Shown here one piece after another: positions 22,173-31,965 of a stretch of DNA of 64,000 nt (positions are counted from its first letter, which is position 1; the number at the start of each line of letters is the position of its first letter). The position numbers were made by a program, and so were the translations under genes. Source of the stretch: an uncultured Thiotrichaceae bacterium (lineage in GTDB: Bacteria > Pseudomonadota > Gammaproteobacteria > SZUA-229); assembly GCA_964600755.1 (NCBI GenBank), contig CAZRKQ010000050.1, forward strand, positions 4,926 through 68,925. Direction: 5' to 3'. The notes under the pieces were generated by a model. It ran no database searches. It saw nothing but the letters and a program-made list of their open reading frames with translations, and was not told the DNA's origin.

Positions 22173-23483
22173 ATGCTTTCTACAACGCGTCTGGGCTTTC
22201 AACCGAGTGTCTACATTTTCTCATTAATATTTATCACCCTGTTCTTGTTGATTACGCTGATACCATCCATGAGTGAAGCCATGCCGGTATTCGCGCGTAA
22301 ATACAACATGAGCTGTAGTACCTGCCATGCCGCCTTCCCCAGGCTTAACGAATTCGGTGAGCAGTTTGCCAGTGACAACATGCGCCTGCCAAACTGGAAA
22401 GATACAACTGTATCCACTGGCGATGATATGCTCGCCCTGCCTGACACAGTGCCACTGGCGCTGAGAACACAGGCCTATGTACAGCAACGTGAAGCAACAA
22501 CCATCGACGTTGAGACCGGTGAAGAAATATCCGCTGACACAGACATCCAGGCTCCTTATCAAATCAAGTTACTCTCCAGTGCGCCGCTGTCAGACCACAT
22601 TACCTACTACTTTTATGCCATTTATGCCGAAAAAGGCGGCAATGGCGAGGTGCTTGTCGAAGATGCCTGGTTCAGGCACGATGACATTTTCAATACGAAC
22701 ATCGGTATGATGCTGGGGCAGTTCCAGGTATCCGACCTGATGTTTGCGCGTGAAGTCAGGCTGACATTCCAGGATTTCATGGTCTATCGCATGGCCGGTC
22801 TCACTTATGACCGCGGGCTGTTATTTGATTATGCTGCAGGGCCTGTTGACCTTGCCCTGGGCTGGGTCAATGGCAATGGTATCGAAGAAAATTTCACCAT
22901 TAACAGCCCCGGCTACAAACGCGCGGATCATTTGTTCGATAATAACGGCGGTAAAGCGATATTTGGCCGCGTCGGCACAGACATTGCGGGTGTTGGTATT
23001 GGCTTGTTCGGTTATTCGGGTACACAGAAAAATGCCGAAGCACCTGCTGGATTAACTAGCGGCGATCGTGATACAGACAAAATATCATATGGCTTTGACC
23101 TGTCGGGCAAGTTTACCGAGAAAACCTACTGGTTCGCACAGCTGTTACAAAACCAGTGGGATGGTTTCCTGCAAGCTGATACCACCTATAAGTGGTTTGG
23201 TAGTTTTGTCGGTGTTGACTATATTCACAGTGATCGCTGGGCCTATTCCCTGCTCTACAATTACACGGATGCCAATGATTTCGAGAATACCGATACCATC
23301 TATGAGGGTATCGATATGAATACGATTACATTCACCGCCGCCTACTACTTCATGCGTAACATTAAAGGTGTTATTGAAGTCAATCTCGACCTGCTTGACC
23401 CTGTTGCTCAGACGGGAACATATTTCACCGGGCATCTCACCGGCGAGAACTATGCCCTTGTTGGCTTTGATGCGGCTTTCTAG
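22173..23483 (+). CDS. cyc2: Cyc2-like fused monoheme cytochrome c / outer-membrane beta-barrel porin (candidate Fe(II) oxidase)
   Basis: 436 aa. N-terminal signal peptide, then MPVFARKYNMSCSTCH, which matches the Cyc2 signature PxFARxxxxxCxxCH exactly. The remainder is rich in alternating beta-strand patterns and ends in a C-terminal Phe (...LVGFDAAF), typical of OM beta-barrels. Confidence 0.75.
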   Translation: MLSTTRLGFQPSVYIFSLIFITLFLLITLIPSMSEAMPVFARKYNMSCSTCHAAFPRLNEFGEQFASDNMRLPNWKDTTVSTGDDMLALPDTVPLALRTQAYVQQREATTIDVETGEEISADTDIQAPYQIKLLSSAPLSDHITYYFYAIYAEKGGNGEVLVEDAWFRHDDIFNTNIGMMLGQFQVSDLMFAREVRLTFQDFMVYRMAGLTYDRGLLFDYAAGPVDLALGWVNGNGIEENFTINSPGYKRADHLFDNNGGKAIFGRVGTDIAGVGIGLFGYSGTQKNAEAPAGLTSGDRDTDKISYGFDLSGKFTEKTYWFAQLLQNQWDGFLQADTTYKWFGSFVGVDYIHSDRWAYSLLYNYTDANDFENTDTIYEGIDMNTITFTAAYYFMRNIKGVIEVNLDLLDPVAQTGTYFTGHLTGENYALVGFDAAF

Positions 23484-23532
23484 ACAAAACGATTTCCGTC
23501 TTTGACAGCATAAATAGTAATCACCGTTAATA

Positions 23533-24939
23533 ATGGCTATCGATGTCCAGATATTCGGCGCCGCTGACGAAGTCACCGGTTCCTGCCACCTGGTGACAGT
23601 GGGTAACAACCGCGTCCTGCTTGATTGCGGCCTTATCCAGGGACGCCGCAAGGATGAAGAACGTAACAAGGAGCCATTCCCGTTCGATCCAGAATCCATC
23701 GATGCCGTGGTGCTGAGCCATGCACACATCGACCACTCAGGTCGACTGCCGATGCTGGTAAAAGCGGGCTTCAGCGGCCCGATATATACCCACCGTGCCA
23801 GCCGGGACCTGTGCCGCATTATGTTGAAAGATTCCGCCTTTCTCAATGAAAAGGATATCGAGTGGGAAAACCGCAAGCGCCTGCGCAAAGGCTTGAAGCC
23901 AGTTGAAGCTTTATACACCGTTGAAGATGCACGCTCTGCAATGTCCCGGTTCAAGGGTCTTGTTTACCAGAAAAAAGTCAAAATACTGCCGAATGTGACG
24001 CTATGTCTGAACGATGCTGGACATATCCTGGGATCCGCTATCGTGGAATTGTGGCTTGAAGATGCAGGAAACGTACGCAAGCTGGTGTTCAGCGGTGATT
24101 TAGGTCGACCAGGCATGCCGATACTGCAGGACCCTGCCGTCATTCGACAGGCAGACCACGTTATCATGGAGAGTACCTACGGTGACCGTATGCATCGTTC
24201 GTGGGAGGATACGTTAACGGAGATAGAAAGTGTTGTTCGAAACACCACAAAAAGCCGGGGTAATATTCTGATACCTGCTTTTGCAGTAGGACGCACACAG
24301 GAAATTCTGTATATGTTTGCCAGGTACTATAAGGAATGGGGCCTTGAACGCTGGCAGGTGTTTCTCGATAGCCCGCTGGCGATTGAAGCAACACGTGTAT
24401 TTACCCGACACAGTGATTTATTTGACTCGGAGATGAAGGAATTATGGCAACAGAACAAAGCGCAATCGATCTTGCCTAACCTGCATATTTCCAGAACATC
24501 AAATCAATCGATGGCACTCAACCGGATCCACTCCGGAGCCATCATTATTGCCGGCAGCGGCATGTGCAGCGGCGGTCGCATCAAGCACCACCTCAAGCAT
24601 AATATCTGGCGGCGAGAATGCCATGTCGTCATCTCCGGTTTCCAGGCAGGTGGAACGCTGGGCCGTACTCTGGTCGATGGTGCCAAATATATCAGGCTGT
24701 GGGGAGAAACAGTTCGTGTCGCAGCAGGTATCCACACAGTTGGCGGGCTCTCTGCCCATGCAGACCAGCTCGGCCTGAAAAACTGGTATGCCAACTTTGA
24801 AGGACGACCGCCAGTGGCCCTGGTCCACGGCGAAACCACTGCACTTGAGAACCTGGGCAACACCCTGAAAAACGAACTGGATGCACCTGTTACGATCGCG
24901 AAATACGGGCAGAAACTGGATTTGACTAATCTCAGGTAA
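23533..24939 (+). CDS. MBL-fold metallo-hydrolase of the beta-CASP family (RNA-metabolising, RNase J/CPSF-like)
   Basis: 468 aa. Motif HAHIDHSG, then the beta-CASP and C-terminal RMMBL region (GGLSAHADQ). Confidence 0.8.
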   Translation: MAIDVQIFGAADEVTGSCHLVTVGNNRVLLDCGLIQGRRKDEERNKEPFPFDPESIDAVVLSHAHIDHSGRLPMLVKAGFSGPIYTHRASRDLCRIMLKDSAFLNEKDIEWENRKRLRKGLKPVEALYTVEDARSAMSRFKGLVYQKKVKILPNVTLCLNDAGHILGSAIVELWLEDAGNVRKLVFSGDLGRPGMPILQDPAVIRQADHVIMESTYGDRMHRSWEDTLTEIESVVRNTTKSRGNILIPAFAVGRTQEILYMFARYYKEWGLERWQVFLDSPLAIEATRVFTRHSDLFDSEMKELWQQNKAQSILPNLHISRTSNQSMALNRIHSGAIIIAGSGMCSGGRIKHHLKHNIWRRECHVVISGFQAGGTLGRTLVDGAKYIRLWGETVRVAAGIHTVGGLSAHADQLGLKNWYANFEGRPPVALVHGETTALENLGNTLKNELDAPVTIAKYGQKLDLTNLR

Positions 24940-25034
24940 ACTACATCCATGAATTATCTTGACCAGTGTCAAAACAAGGCACGGCAAGTTAGTGTCTAAT
25001 TAAATAAAGAAAACAATCTGGAGGGTAGGAATAC

Positions 25035-25478
25035 ATGAGAAAAACATGGGTAATTGTTGCCGACAACAGTCGAGCACGCATTTTCACTTCAGAAACTCCA
25101 TCATCAGCGTTAATAGAAGTAGACTCTATTGTTCATCCGGAAGCCCGTATGCATGATCGCGATATCACCAGCGATTTACCGGGCCGTGGCTCTGGCACAG
25201 GCGGATCACGTCATTCTTATGAGACTGAAACAGATGCGAAGGATTATGAGAACCTGGGTTTCGCCAAACGCATTGCCGGTTTTCTTGATGAGGCGCGTAA
25301 AAGTGACAAATTCAAGCAGTTGATTATTGTTGCCGCACCGTCATTACTGGGCAACCTGCGCAGTGGATTGAATCATCAAACCAGAAAATTGGTCAGCCTG
25401 GAACTGGACAAGAATCTTTCACAACTTAGTCCTGATGAAATCCGCAAGCACATGCCGGAATTTCTTCCGAACAAGTGA
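25035..25478 (+). CDS. Host_attach (PF10116) family protein
   Basis: 147 aa. WVIVADNSRARIF...DLPGRG...LIIVAAPSLLGNLRSGL matches the conserved layout of the 'host attachment protein' family. Confidence 0.6.
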   Translation: MRKTWVIVADNSRARIFTSETPSSALIEVDSIVHPEARMHDRDITSDLPGRGSGTGGSRHSYETETDAKDYENLGFAKRIAGFLDEARKSDKFKQLIIVAAPSLLGNLRSGLNHQTRKLVSLELDKNLSQLSPDEIRKHMPEFLPNK

Positions 25479-25500
25479 ACTTGCAGTAGCAAGTATATTT

Positions 25501-25876
25501 TGAACCACAAAGGTCACAGGGGTTCACAGAGAATGTTTTCTGTTGTCCTGCAGCAGCAAGGCTTCACAAATGAAATAAACTGTAGTGGTCTGTAATTGAT
25601 CTTACAAACAGCGTCAGATTTACTCATGTCATATTTTTCATCTGAATAGCTGTATTTGCACATTCGAAGATAATCATAAAGCTTAATTATCCACAGATGA
25701 ACGCAGATAAACACAGATAAAGTTGTTTTTAAGCTTTTATACATCTGTGTTTATCTGCGTTCATCTGTGGACTTTTTTAAAGACCACCTAGTTTAAATCA
25801 GACAATTACTGTCAGATCAAGTCACGACCAGCACAAATAAACTCTGTGTCACTCTGTGACCTCTGTGGTTCAAATC
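25501..25876. mobile_element. MITE-like non-coding element with ~30-bp imperfect terminal inverted repeats and a central perfect 28-bp palindrome
   Basis: Left end TGAACCACAAAGGTCACAGGGGTTCACAGAG (25501-) and right end CTCTGTGTCACTCTGTGACCTCTGTGGTTCA (-25876) are inverted copies. Internally, CCACAGATGAACGCAGATAAACACAGAT (25691-25718) pairs perfectly with ATCTGTGTTTATCTGCGTTCATCTGTGG (25743-25770). TTATCCACA (25687-25695) matches the DnaA-box consensus. Confidence 0.5.
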
Positions 25877-25879
25877 CTT

Positions 25880-27700
25880 TTAAATAGCATCTGCCACTGT
25901 TTCAAGGGCAATCTCGTGTTCACGTTTTTCCTGTTGTAGTTGCCATAGCTGCGCATACAGGCCCTCCTGTGCCAGTAATTGCTGATGTGTCCCCTGTTCC
26001 ACGATTGAACCCTTGTCCAGCACGAGTATATTGTCAGCATCAATGATCGTTGACAGTCGATGCGCAATCACCAGCGTGGTATGTTTCATCGCAACCTCTT
26101 TAAGTGAAGACAGTATGGACTGCTCCGATCGCGAATCCAGCGAGGATGTTGCCTCATCGAATACCAGAATCCGCGGATTTTTCAAGATAACTCGAGCTAT
26201 AGCAATGCGTTGTTTCTCACCGCCTGAAAGTTTCAAACCACGTTCGCCTACGATAGTCTCATACCCATCCGGCAGGCTTTTAATAAATTCATGAATGTTC
26301 GCCACCCTGGCTGCGTGTACAACATCATCCATACTCGCGTCTTGATTGGCGTAATGGATATTGTGGAAAATCGACTGGTTAAACAGCACCGTATCTTGCG
26401 GAACGATACCTATATTTTCCCGCAGGCTATCCTGAGTAACATCACTTATGTCCTGATCATCGATAAGGATGCGACCTGAGTCTGCTTCATAAAAGCGAAA
26501 CAACAGCCTGGACAATGTCGACTTGCCAGCGCCTGACGGGCCAACCACAGCAACCTTTTTGCCGGGTGGTATTTCAAAGCTGACATCGTCAAGCACCTGC
26601 CTGTCAGCATTATACGAGAACGATAGATGTTCTACACACACATGCGCATCGCTGACTTTCAATGGCCCGGCCTGGCCCTTATCTGATATATCCAGCCTGG
26701 TATCAAGCAAGCGCATCATCATGTCCATATCTGCCAGTGAGTATTTAAGCGCACGATATATAACACCAAGAAAGTTCAATGGTAAAAACAGCTGTAGCAT
26801 CATGGTATTTACCAGCACGAGATCACCCAGTGTCATGGTTCCATTTACGACACCCTGTGTTGCGAAAACCATCATGAAAGTTACGCCAACCGCGATCACC
26901 GCTCCCTGACCGAAATTAAGCAGTGACATTGAGTTCTGGCTTTTAACCGCGGCGTTTTCCCAGTCTTTCAGTGTCTCGTTATAACGTGATAACTCATAAT
27001 CTTCATTGTTGAAATACTTGACCGTCTCGTAATTGAGCATGCCATCGACCGCGTAGGTGTTGGCCTCCGATTCCAGCGAGTTCATCTTCAACCTGTAATG
27101 CATGCGCCATTCAGTAACTGACAGGGTAAAAAGGATGTATATAACAACAGTAATAAAGGTAACGAAGGCAAATCTAGCTTCATACTGCCCGAGCAGAATC
27201 GCAGCAACCAGGACAAATTCCGCAGCCGTTGGAATGATATTGAATACGAGGTAATTTAGAATCGAACTGAGGCTGCTAGTACCGCGCTCAAGATCCCGGA
27301 TTATGCCACCTGTTTTACGATCAAGGTGGTAGCGTAATGATAAGGAATAGAGGTGACTGAGAACCCGATTCGAAATACCGCGCATCGCATGGTAACGAAC
27401 CCTGGCAAATATTGCGTCGCGTAATTCGTTAAACAGGCTGCTCGTCATCCGCAATGCACCGTATGCTAACAACAGCACGACGGGCAGGACAAGTGTGCCA
27501 TTTTCACTGTCCAATCCATCAATGATTTCTCTCAGTACCAGTGGCATACCAACAACAGCCAGCTTGGACAGGACCAGGCAAGCCAAGGCTATTAATACCC
27601 TGCCCCTGAATTCCCAGACAAAAGGAAGCAGCCTTTTAAGATTCTTCCAGTCTTTTCTGTCAGAATGCGGCTTACTGGTTTGGCGATGTACCATAATCAT
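25880..27700 (-). CDS. ABC transporter, fused permease/ATP-binding protein (ABCB/Atm1-HMT1-like exporter)
   Basis: 606 aa. N-terminal 6-TM domain. Walker A GPSGAGKST, signature LSGGEKQRIAIAR, Walker B ILVFDEATSSLD. Confidence 0.9.
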   Translation of the reverse strand: MIMVHRQTSKPHSDRKDWKNLKRLLPFVWEFRGRVLIALACLVLSKLAVVGMPLVLREIIDGLDSENGTLVLPVVLLLAYGALRMTSSLFNELRDAIFARVRYHAMRGISNRVLSHLYSLSLRYHLDRKTGGIIRDLERGTSSLSSILNYLVFNIIPTAAEFVLVAAILLGQYEARFAFVTFITVVIYILFTLSVTEWRMHYRLKMNSLESEANTYAVDGMLNYETVKYFNNEDYELSRYNETLKDWENAAVKSQNSMSLLNFGQGAVIAVGVTFMMVFATQGVVNGTMTLGDLVLVNTMMLQLFLPLNFLGVIYRALKYSLADMDMMMRLLDTRLDISDKGQAGPLKVSDAHVCVEHLSFSYNADRQVLDDVSFEIPPGKKVAVVGPSGAGKSTLSRLLFRFYEADSGRILIDDQDISDVTQDSLRENIGIVPQDTVLFNQSIFHNIHYANQDASMDDVVHAARVANIHEFIKSLPDGYETIVGERGLKLSGGEKQRIAIARVILKNPRILVFDEATSSLDSRSEQSILSSLKEVAMKHTTLVIAHRLSTIIDADNILVLDKGSIVEQGTHQQLLAQEGLYAQLWQLQQEKREHEIALETVADAI

Positions 27701-27775
27701 ATATGCAATAAAGACAACTACTTGTACACTATCATTACAGTGCCTAAAGTTGCTGCCGTCGAATTATAAAAAGAC

Positions 27776-28870
27776 ATGATTATATCGAATTTACATACAC
27801 GATTTTTATTAATCCCGCTGCTGCTTGTCAGCGGAATGATTGTCGGCGCCTGCGACAGCACCAATAGTTCCGGCCAGGCCAGCTCCAGGCAAACTAAACA
27901 GACCCCGGATCATGTGGTAGAAACCAAACAGGCTGGTATTCAAACTGTACAAAGCAAGCTTACAACCTCAGGAACAATAGAAGCCGGAACCAGGGTAAGG
28001 TTATACAACGAAGTCAGCGGTAAAATCAGGTACCTTCCCTATCATGAGGGCGATGCCGTTGCAGAACACACCATCGTAATCGGGCTCGACGACGAGGTCA
28101 TACAAGCTGAGCTGGACAAGGCCATTGCCACGAGAGAGCAGGCAAAAATTGATTACGATCGATTAAAGAAGCTGAAAAAACAGCTCGCATCAGATGAGGA
28201 AATCGCACGCGCGAGCACGGCTTACGATATCGCCGTTGCAGAGGAAAAACTTCAGCAAACGCGCCTGAATAAAACAGTAATAAAAGCGCCTTTTGATGGA
28301 ATAATCACCGAACGTCATTATGAGCCAGGCGATGTTGTCCCCATGCATGGCCACATCTTAAGCATGATAGATCCTGATTCGCTCAGGGTAAGAATATATT
28401 TATCAGAACACTGGATTCCACAGATACAAACCGGCGATCAGGTTGAGATTCAAATTGATGCCCTGGCTGACTCCATACATGCCGGCCAGATCAAACGCAT
28501 TCACCCCACTATTGATGCCAGCACACGCAAAGGCATTGTTGAAATAGAATTTCTGCCGGCACCATTTGGCGCTCAGGCAGGACAACTTGCACGCGTTTAT
28601 CTGCAAACTCATCCCACCAGCAAACTGGTTATCCCCGTACATGCGATCCATCACGACGGTAGTGGGGCTTACGTTTATGTGGTTGATGATGAAAGCAAGG
28701 CCAGCAAAACATATGTTCAAAAAGGCGTTCAATATGGCGAGACTATCGAGATTACCAGTGGCATTAACCTCAATGATTCGATAGTCGTAAAAGGCTTTAA
28801 CGGTCTGAGAGATGGCAAGAAAGTAAAAGTTCATCATATGGAAATTGAGGATGTAGCCAACGCATTATGA
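27776..28870 (+). CDS. RND efflux periplasmic adaptor (membrane fusion protein, HlyD family)
   Basis: 364 aa. Signal anchor, coiled-coil, then beta-barrel MFP layout. 4-nt overlap with the downstream RND pump gene. Confidence 0.85.
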   Translation: MIISNLHTRFLLIPLLLVSGMIVGACDSTNSSGQASSRQTKQTPDHVVETKQAGIQTVQSKLTTSGTIEAGTRVRLYNEVSGKIRYLPYHEGDAVAEHTIVIGLDDEVIQAELDKAIATREQAKIDYDRLKKLKKQLASDEEIARASTAYDIAVAEEKLQQTRLNKTVIKAPFDGIITERHYEPGDVVPMHGHILSMIDPDSLRVRIYLSEHWIPQIQTGDQVEIQIDALADSIHAGQIKRIHPTIDASTRKGIVEIEFLPAPFGAQAGQLARVYLQTHPTSKLVIPVHAIHHDGSGAYVYVVDDESKASKTYVQKGVQYGETIEITSGINLNDSIVVKGFNGLRDGKKVKVHHMEIEDVANAL

Positions 28871-31800
28871 AACACCGCTTTCGCTCCGGCGGCCTCGCTG
28901 CATGGTCAATCAATCACCCGGTCGGCATTTCCATGTTGGCACTGTCCGTAGTTGTCCTTGGGTTTTTCTCATTTCAGCGGCTCAGTATCGATTTGCTGCC
29001 ACACATCATTTACCCTGATATACGTGTACGCGTACTGGAACCCGGTGTACCTGCACAGATCATGGAAGATCTTATTACCCGTCAGCTTGAAGAGCAGCTT
29101 GCAATAACCGAAGGCGCAATTCAGGTGCAGTCAAAGTCCAGCGAAGGCCGCAGCAATGTAGATTTAAGCTTTCCCTACGGCATAGATATCGACATCGCAC
29201 TGCGTGATGCGAGCACCCGGCTGGACCGGGCACGTCGTTTTCTACCCGAAAACGTAGAACCGCCAATCATCTACAAGCGCGACCCGTCGCAGATCTCCGT
29301 CATGGAATTGATACTCAGCTCGAGTGAACGTGATCCGGTTAATTTACGCAGCTGGGCCGACTTCACTTTTTCACGCTGGTTTCTGAACCTGCCCGGTGTT
29401 GCCTCCGTTGAAATCGGTGGCGGACTGGAACGAGAGGTACAGATCATCGCAGACCAGGAGAAACTCGCCAGTATTGGACTGTCATTGGCTGACCTGGCTA
29501 ACCTGATTGAACGCAATAATGCTGACGCATCGGGCGGCCGCTTGATGAGCAGCACACAGGAAATAACCACCAGGACCCGTGGCCGCTTTGACAGTATCGA
29601 ATCAATCAGGAAATTACCTTTATGGAGCAGTGAATCGAACAGCGTTGACAGGGTGTTGCATCTGGAAGACGCCGCTGACGTAGTCGATTCCCATGCAGAT
29701 GAAAGAATACGTATACGCCTGAATCACCAGCCCGGTGTAAAACTGTCTATGCAGAAACAACCCCAGGCAAACACAGTCTCGGTTGTTGATGAAATACTCA
29801 ACAGACTCGAAGTACTGAAAAATAAAAACCTGATACCTGCTGATATTGAAGTAACAGCAGTCAGCGATCAATCAACCTACGTGCGTCATGCATTGAATAA
29901 CGCCAGTCTAGCGGCTCTCAGTGGAGCCGTATTGGCAATGATCGTAATATATCTGTTCCTGGGTAATATCATTCGAACATTAATCATTGGCACTGCCATA
30001 CCGATTGGTATTCTGGTCACCTTTACCATCATGGACATGAACGGACTCACATTGAACATCATGACACTCGGCGGCCTCGCCCTGGGTATGGGCCTGTTAA
30101 TCGATAGCACGATTGTTATGCTGGAAAATATCACCCGCCATCAGGACGATGCAGGATCGATAAAAGACAATGCGGCAACAGCCGCGGCAGAGGTCAACAG
30201 CCCTATTGTGGCTTCCACGGGCACAAACCTGGCTGCTATCCTGCCATTCCTGTTTATCGGTGGACTCACTGGGCTGCTGTTCCAGGAACTCATTATTACC
30301 ATCTCCTCGGCAATGCTCGCTGCGCTCATTGTCGCACTGACCCTGGTGCCCGCGCTTGGCGCACGGGTTCGTTCAGAACCACGTTCTGATAGATTTTTCA
30401 ATAGGTTATTAGAGAGACTTAAATCACTTTATTACTCACTTGTTCAACGCATCCTGAAGCATCCCCTGCCCGTCGTTATTGGCTTTTTGATTGCTTTTGC
30501 AGGCTCGTTGCTTGTGCTCATCGACAGTAAACCCATATTTCTGCCAAGCATGGACGAAGGCAGCGTCACGGCATCAGTGACGGGCGATTCAGGAATCAGT
30601 CTGGATGAAATGGACACTACACTTGAAAAAATTGAAACGCTGCTTCTGCAACAAGCAGAAGTTGAAACCATCTACGCAACAGTCGGTGGCTTTATCTTCG
30701 GACGATCGGAATTTGAAAAAAGCAATCGCAGTACTATTAATGTACAACTGCTACCAGTCGACCAACGCTCAATGAGCAGCAATGACTGGATTAAAACCAT
30801 ACAGAAGAAAATAAGCGATCTTCACCTCACAGGCTTCAAGGTCAGGATGTTCGTTCGAGGTGTAAGAGGAATTCAAATGAGCAGCGGCGACGATGATATC
30901 AGTCTTCGTATACAGGGACAGGATCTGGAAATCCTGCGCGAACTTGGCACAAAGGCTGTTGAACGTCTTCGCGGCATTCCCGGTTTAAGCAACCTCGAAC
31001 ATACTTATGAAGTACATCATGAAGAACTGAATGTGGCTATTGATCGCCAACGTGCTGCAGATCTTGGTATTCATGTTGACAGCGTTGGCAAGGCCTTGCG
31101 AATTGCACTGGAGGGCAGTGTTATCTCTGACTATATCGAGGGCGACCGTCAGTTCGATATACGCTTGCGTCTACCACGTTCGTACAGTGAAACGCCTGAG
31201 ATATTATCCAGTCTGCTCGTTGGTCAGCACCAGGGCCGTCCAGTACGCCTGTTTGAGATCGCCTCTATTTCCAGGGGCCCGGCACCGGCATCGATACAAC
31301 GTGACCAGCAGCAACGTATTGTTGAAATTACTGCCTCTGTTGATGACGCAGCAGCGCTGGATGAAACCATGACAGCGATATATGCAAACCTCGACGGCCT
31401 GCAACTACCTGATGGTTACGCCCTGTATGATGGTGGCGCCAGCAAAACACTCAACCAGGGCCAAAAAACCGGAGGCATTCTTCTTGCCCTGGCGATTTTC
31501 CTCGTTTTCGTAGTGATGGCCGTTCAGTATGAATCGCTGAGCAATCCACTTGTTATACTTTTCAGTATTCCGTTTACCTCTATCGGCGTCGGCCTTGGAC
31601 TCTGGCTGTTCGATATGCCATTATCGATGCCCGTTTGGCTCGGCCTGATTATGCTCGCAGGGATTGTGGTCAATAATGCCATTGTACTGGTAGAACAAAT
31701 TGAGATTGAGCGGGAGAAAAACAGTCAAATACTCGAAGCCATCAGTACGGCTGCAAGCCTGCGCCTGCGCCCGATATTGATGACGACGTTAACCACAGTG

Positions 31801-31965
31801 CTGGGTATGACTCCACTCGCAATCGGTCTTGGCGAAGGCTCCGAAATGCTGCAACCACTTGCATTTGTCATCGTCTGGGGCCTGAGCTTCTCTATGCTGG
31901 TCAGCCTGGTTCTGGTACCTGTTGTGTATAAGCTATTACATTATCGTCGGGCACAGCTGATGTGA
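28867..31965 (+). CDS. RND efflux transporter permease (AcrB/CzcA superfamily)
   Basis: 1032 aa. 12-TM topology with two large periplasmic loops. N-terminal AWSINHPVGISMLALSVVVLG is typical of RND pumps. Confidence 0.9.
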   Translation: MKHRFRSGGLAAWSINHPVGISMLALSVVVLGFFSFQRLSIDLLPHIIYPDIRVRVLEPGVPAQIMEDLITRQLEEQLAITEGAIQVQSKSSEGRSNVDLSFPYGIDIDIALRDASTRLDRARRFLPENVEPPIIYKRDPSQISVMELILSSSERDPVNLRSWADFTFSRWFLNLPGVASVEIGGGLEREVQIIADQEKLASIGLSLADLANLIERNNADASGGRLMSSTQEITTRTRGRFDSIESIRKLPLWSSESNSVDRVLHLEDAADVVDSHADERIRIRLNHQPGVKLSMQKQPQANTVSVVDEILNRLEVLKNKNLIPADIEVTAVSDQSTYVRHALNNASLAALSGAVLAMIVIYLFLGNIIRTLIIGTAIPIGILVTFTIMDMNGLTLNIMTLGGLALGMGLLIDSTIVMLENITRHQDDAGSIKDNAATAAAEVNSPIVASTGTNLAAILPFLFIGGLTGLLFQELIITISSAMLAALIVALTLVPALGARVRSEPRSDRFFNRLLERLKSLYYSLVQRILKHPLPVVIGFLIAFAGSLLVLIDSKPIFLPSMDEGSVTASVTGDSGISLDEMDTTLEKIETLLLQQAEVETIYATVGGFIFGRSEFEKSNRSTINVQLLPVDQRSMSSNDWIKTIQKKISDLHLTGFKVRMFVRGVRGIQMSSGDDDISLRIQGQDLEILRELGTKAVERLRGIPGLSNLEHTYEVHHEELNVAIDRQRAADLGIHVDSVGKALRIALEGSVISDYIEGDRQFDIRLRLPRSYSETPEILSSLLVGQHQGRPVRLFEIASISRGPAPASIQRDQQQRIVEITASVDDAAALDETMTAIYANLDGLQLPDGYALYDGGASKTLNQGQKTGGILLALAIFLVFVVMAVQYESLSNPLVILFSIPFTSIGVGLGLWLFDMPLSMPVWLGLIMLAGIVVNNAIVLVEQIEIEREKNSQILEAISTAASLRLRPILMTTLTTVLGMTPLAIGLGEGSEMLQPLAFVIVWGLSFSMLVSLVLVPVVYKLLHYRRAQLM

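Noticed and set aside
24499-24987. Two long antisense ORFs (162 and 148 aa) on the minus strand inside the MBL/beta-CASP RNase gene
   Set aside because: They lie entirely antisense to a well-supported conserved gene. No motifs. Typical of GC-rich third-position artefacts.
25687-25695. Consensus DnaA box (TTATCCACA), considered as a possible oriC marker
   Set aside because: It is a single box inside a palindromic repeat element. There is no DnaA-box cluster, AT-rich DUE or dnaA/gidA/mioC context.
29075-30671. Antisense ORFs inside the RND permease gene
   Set aside because: Same reasoning: they are contained in a 1032-aa conserved gene on the opposite strand.
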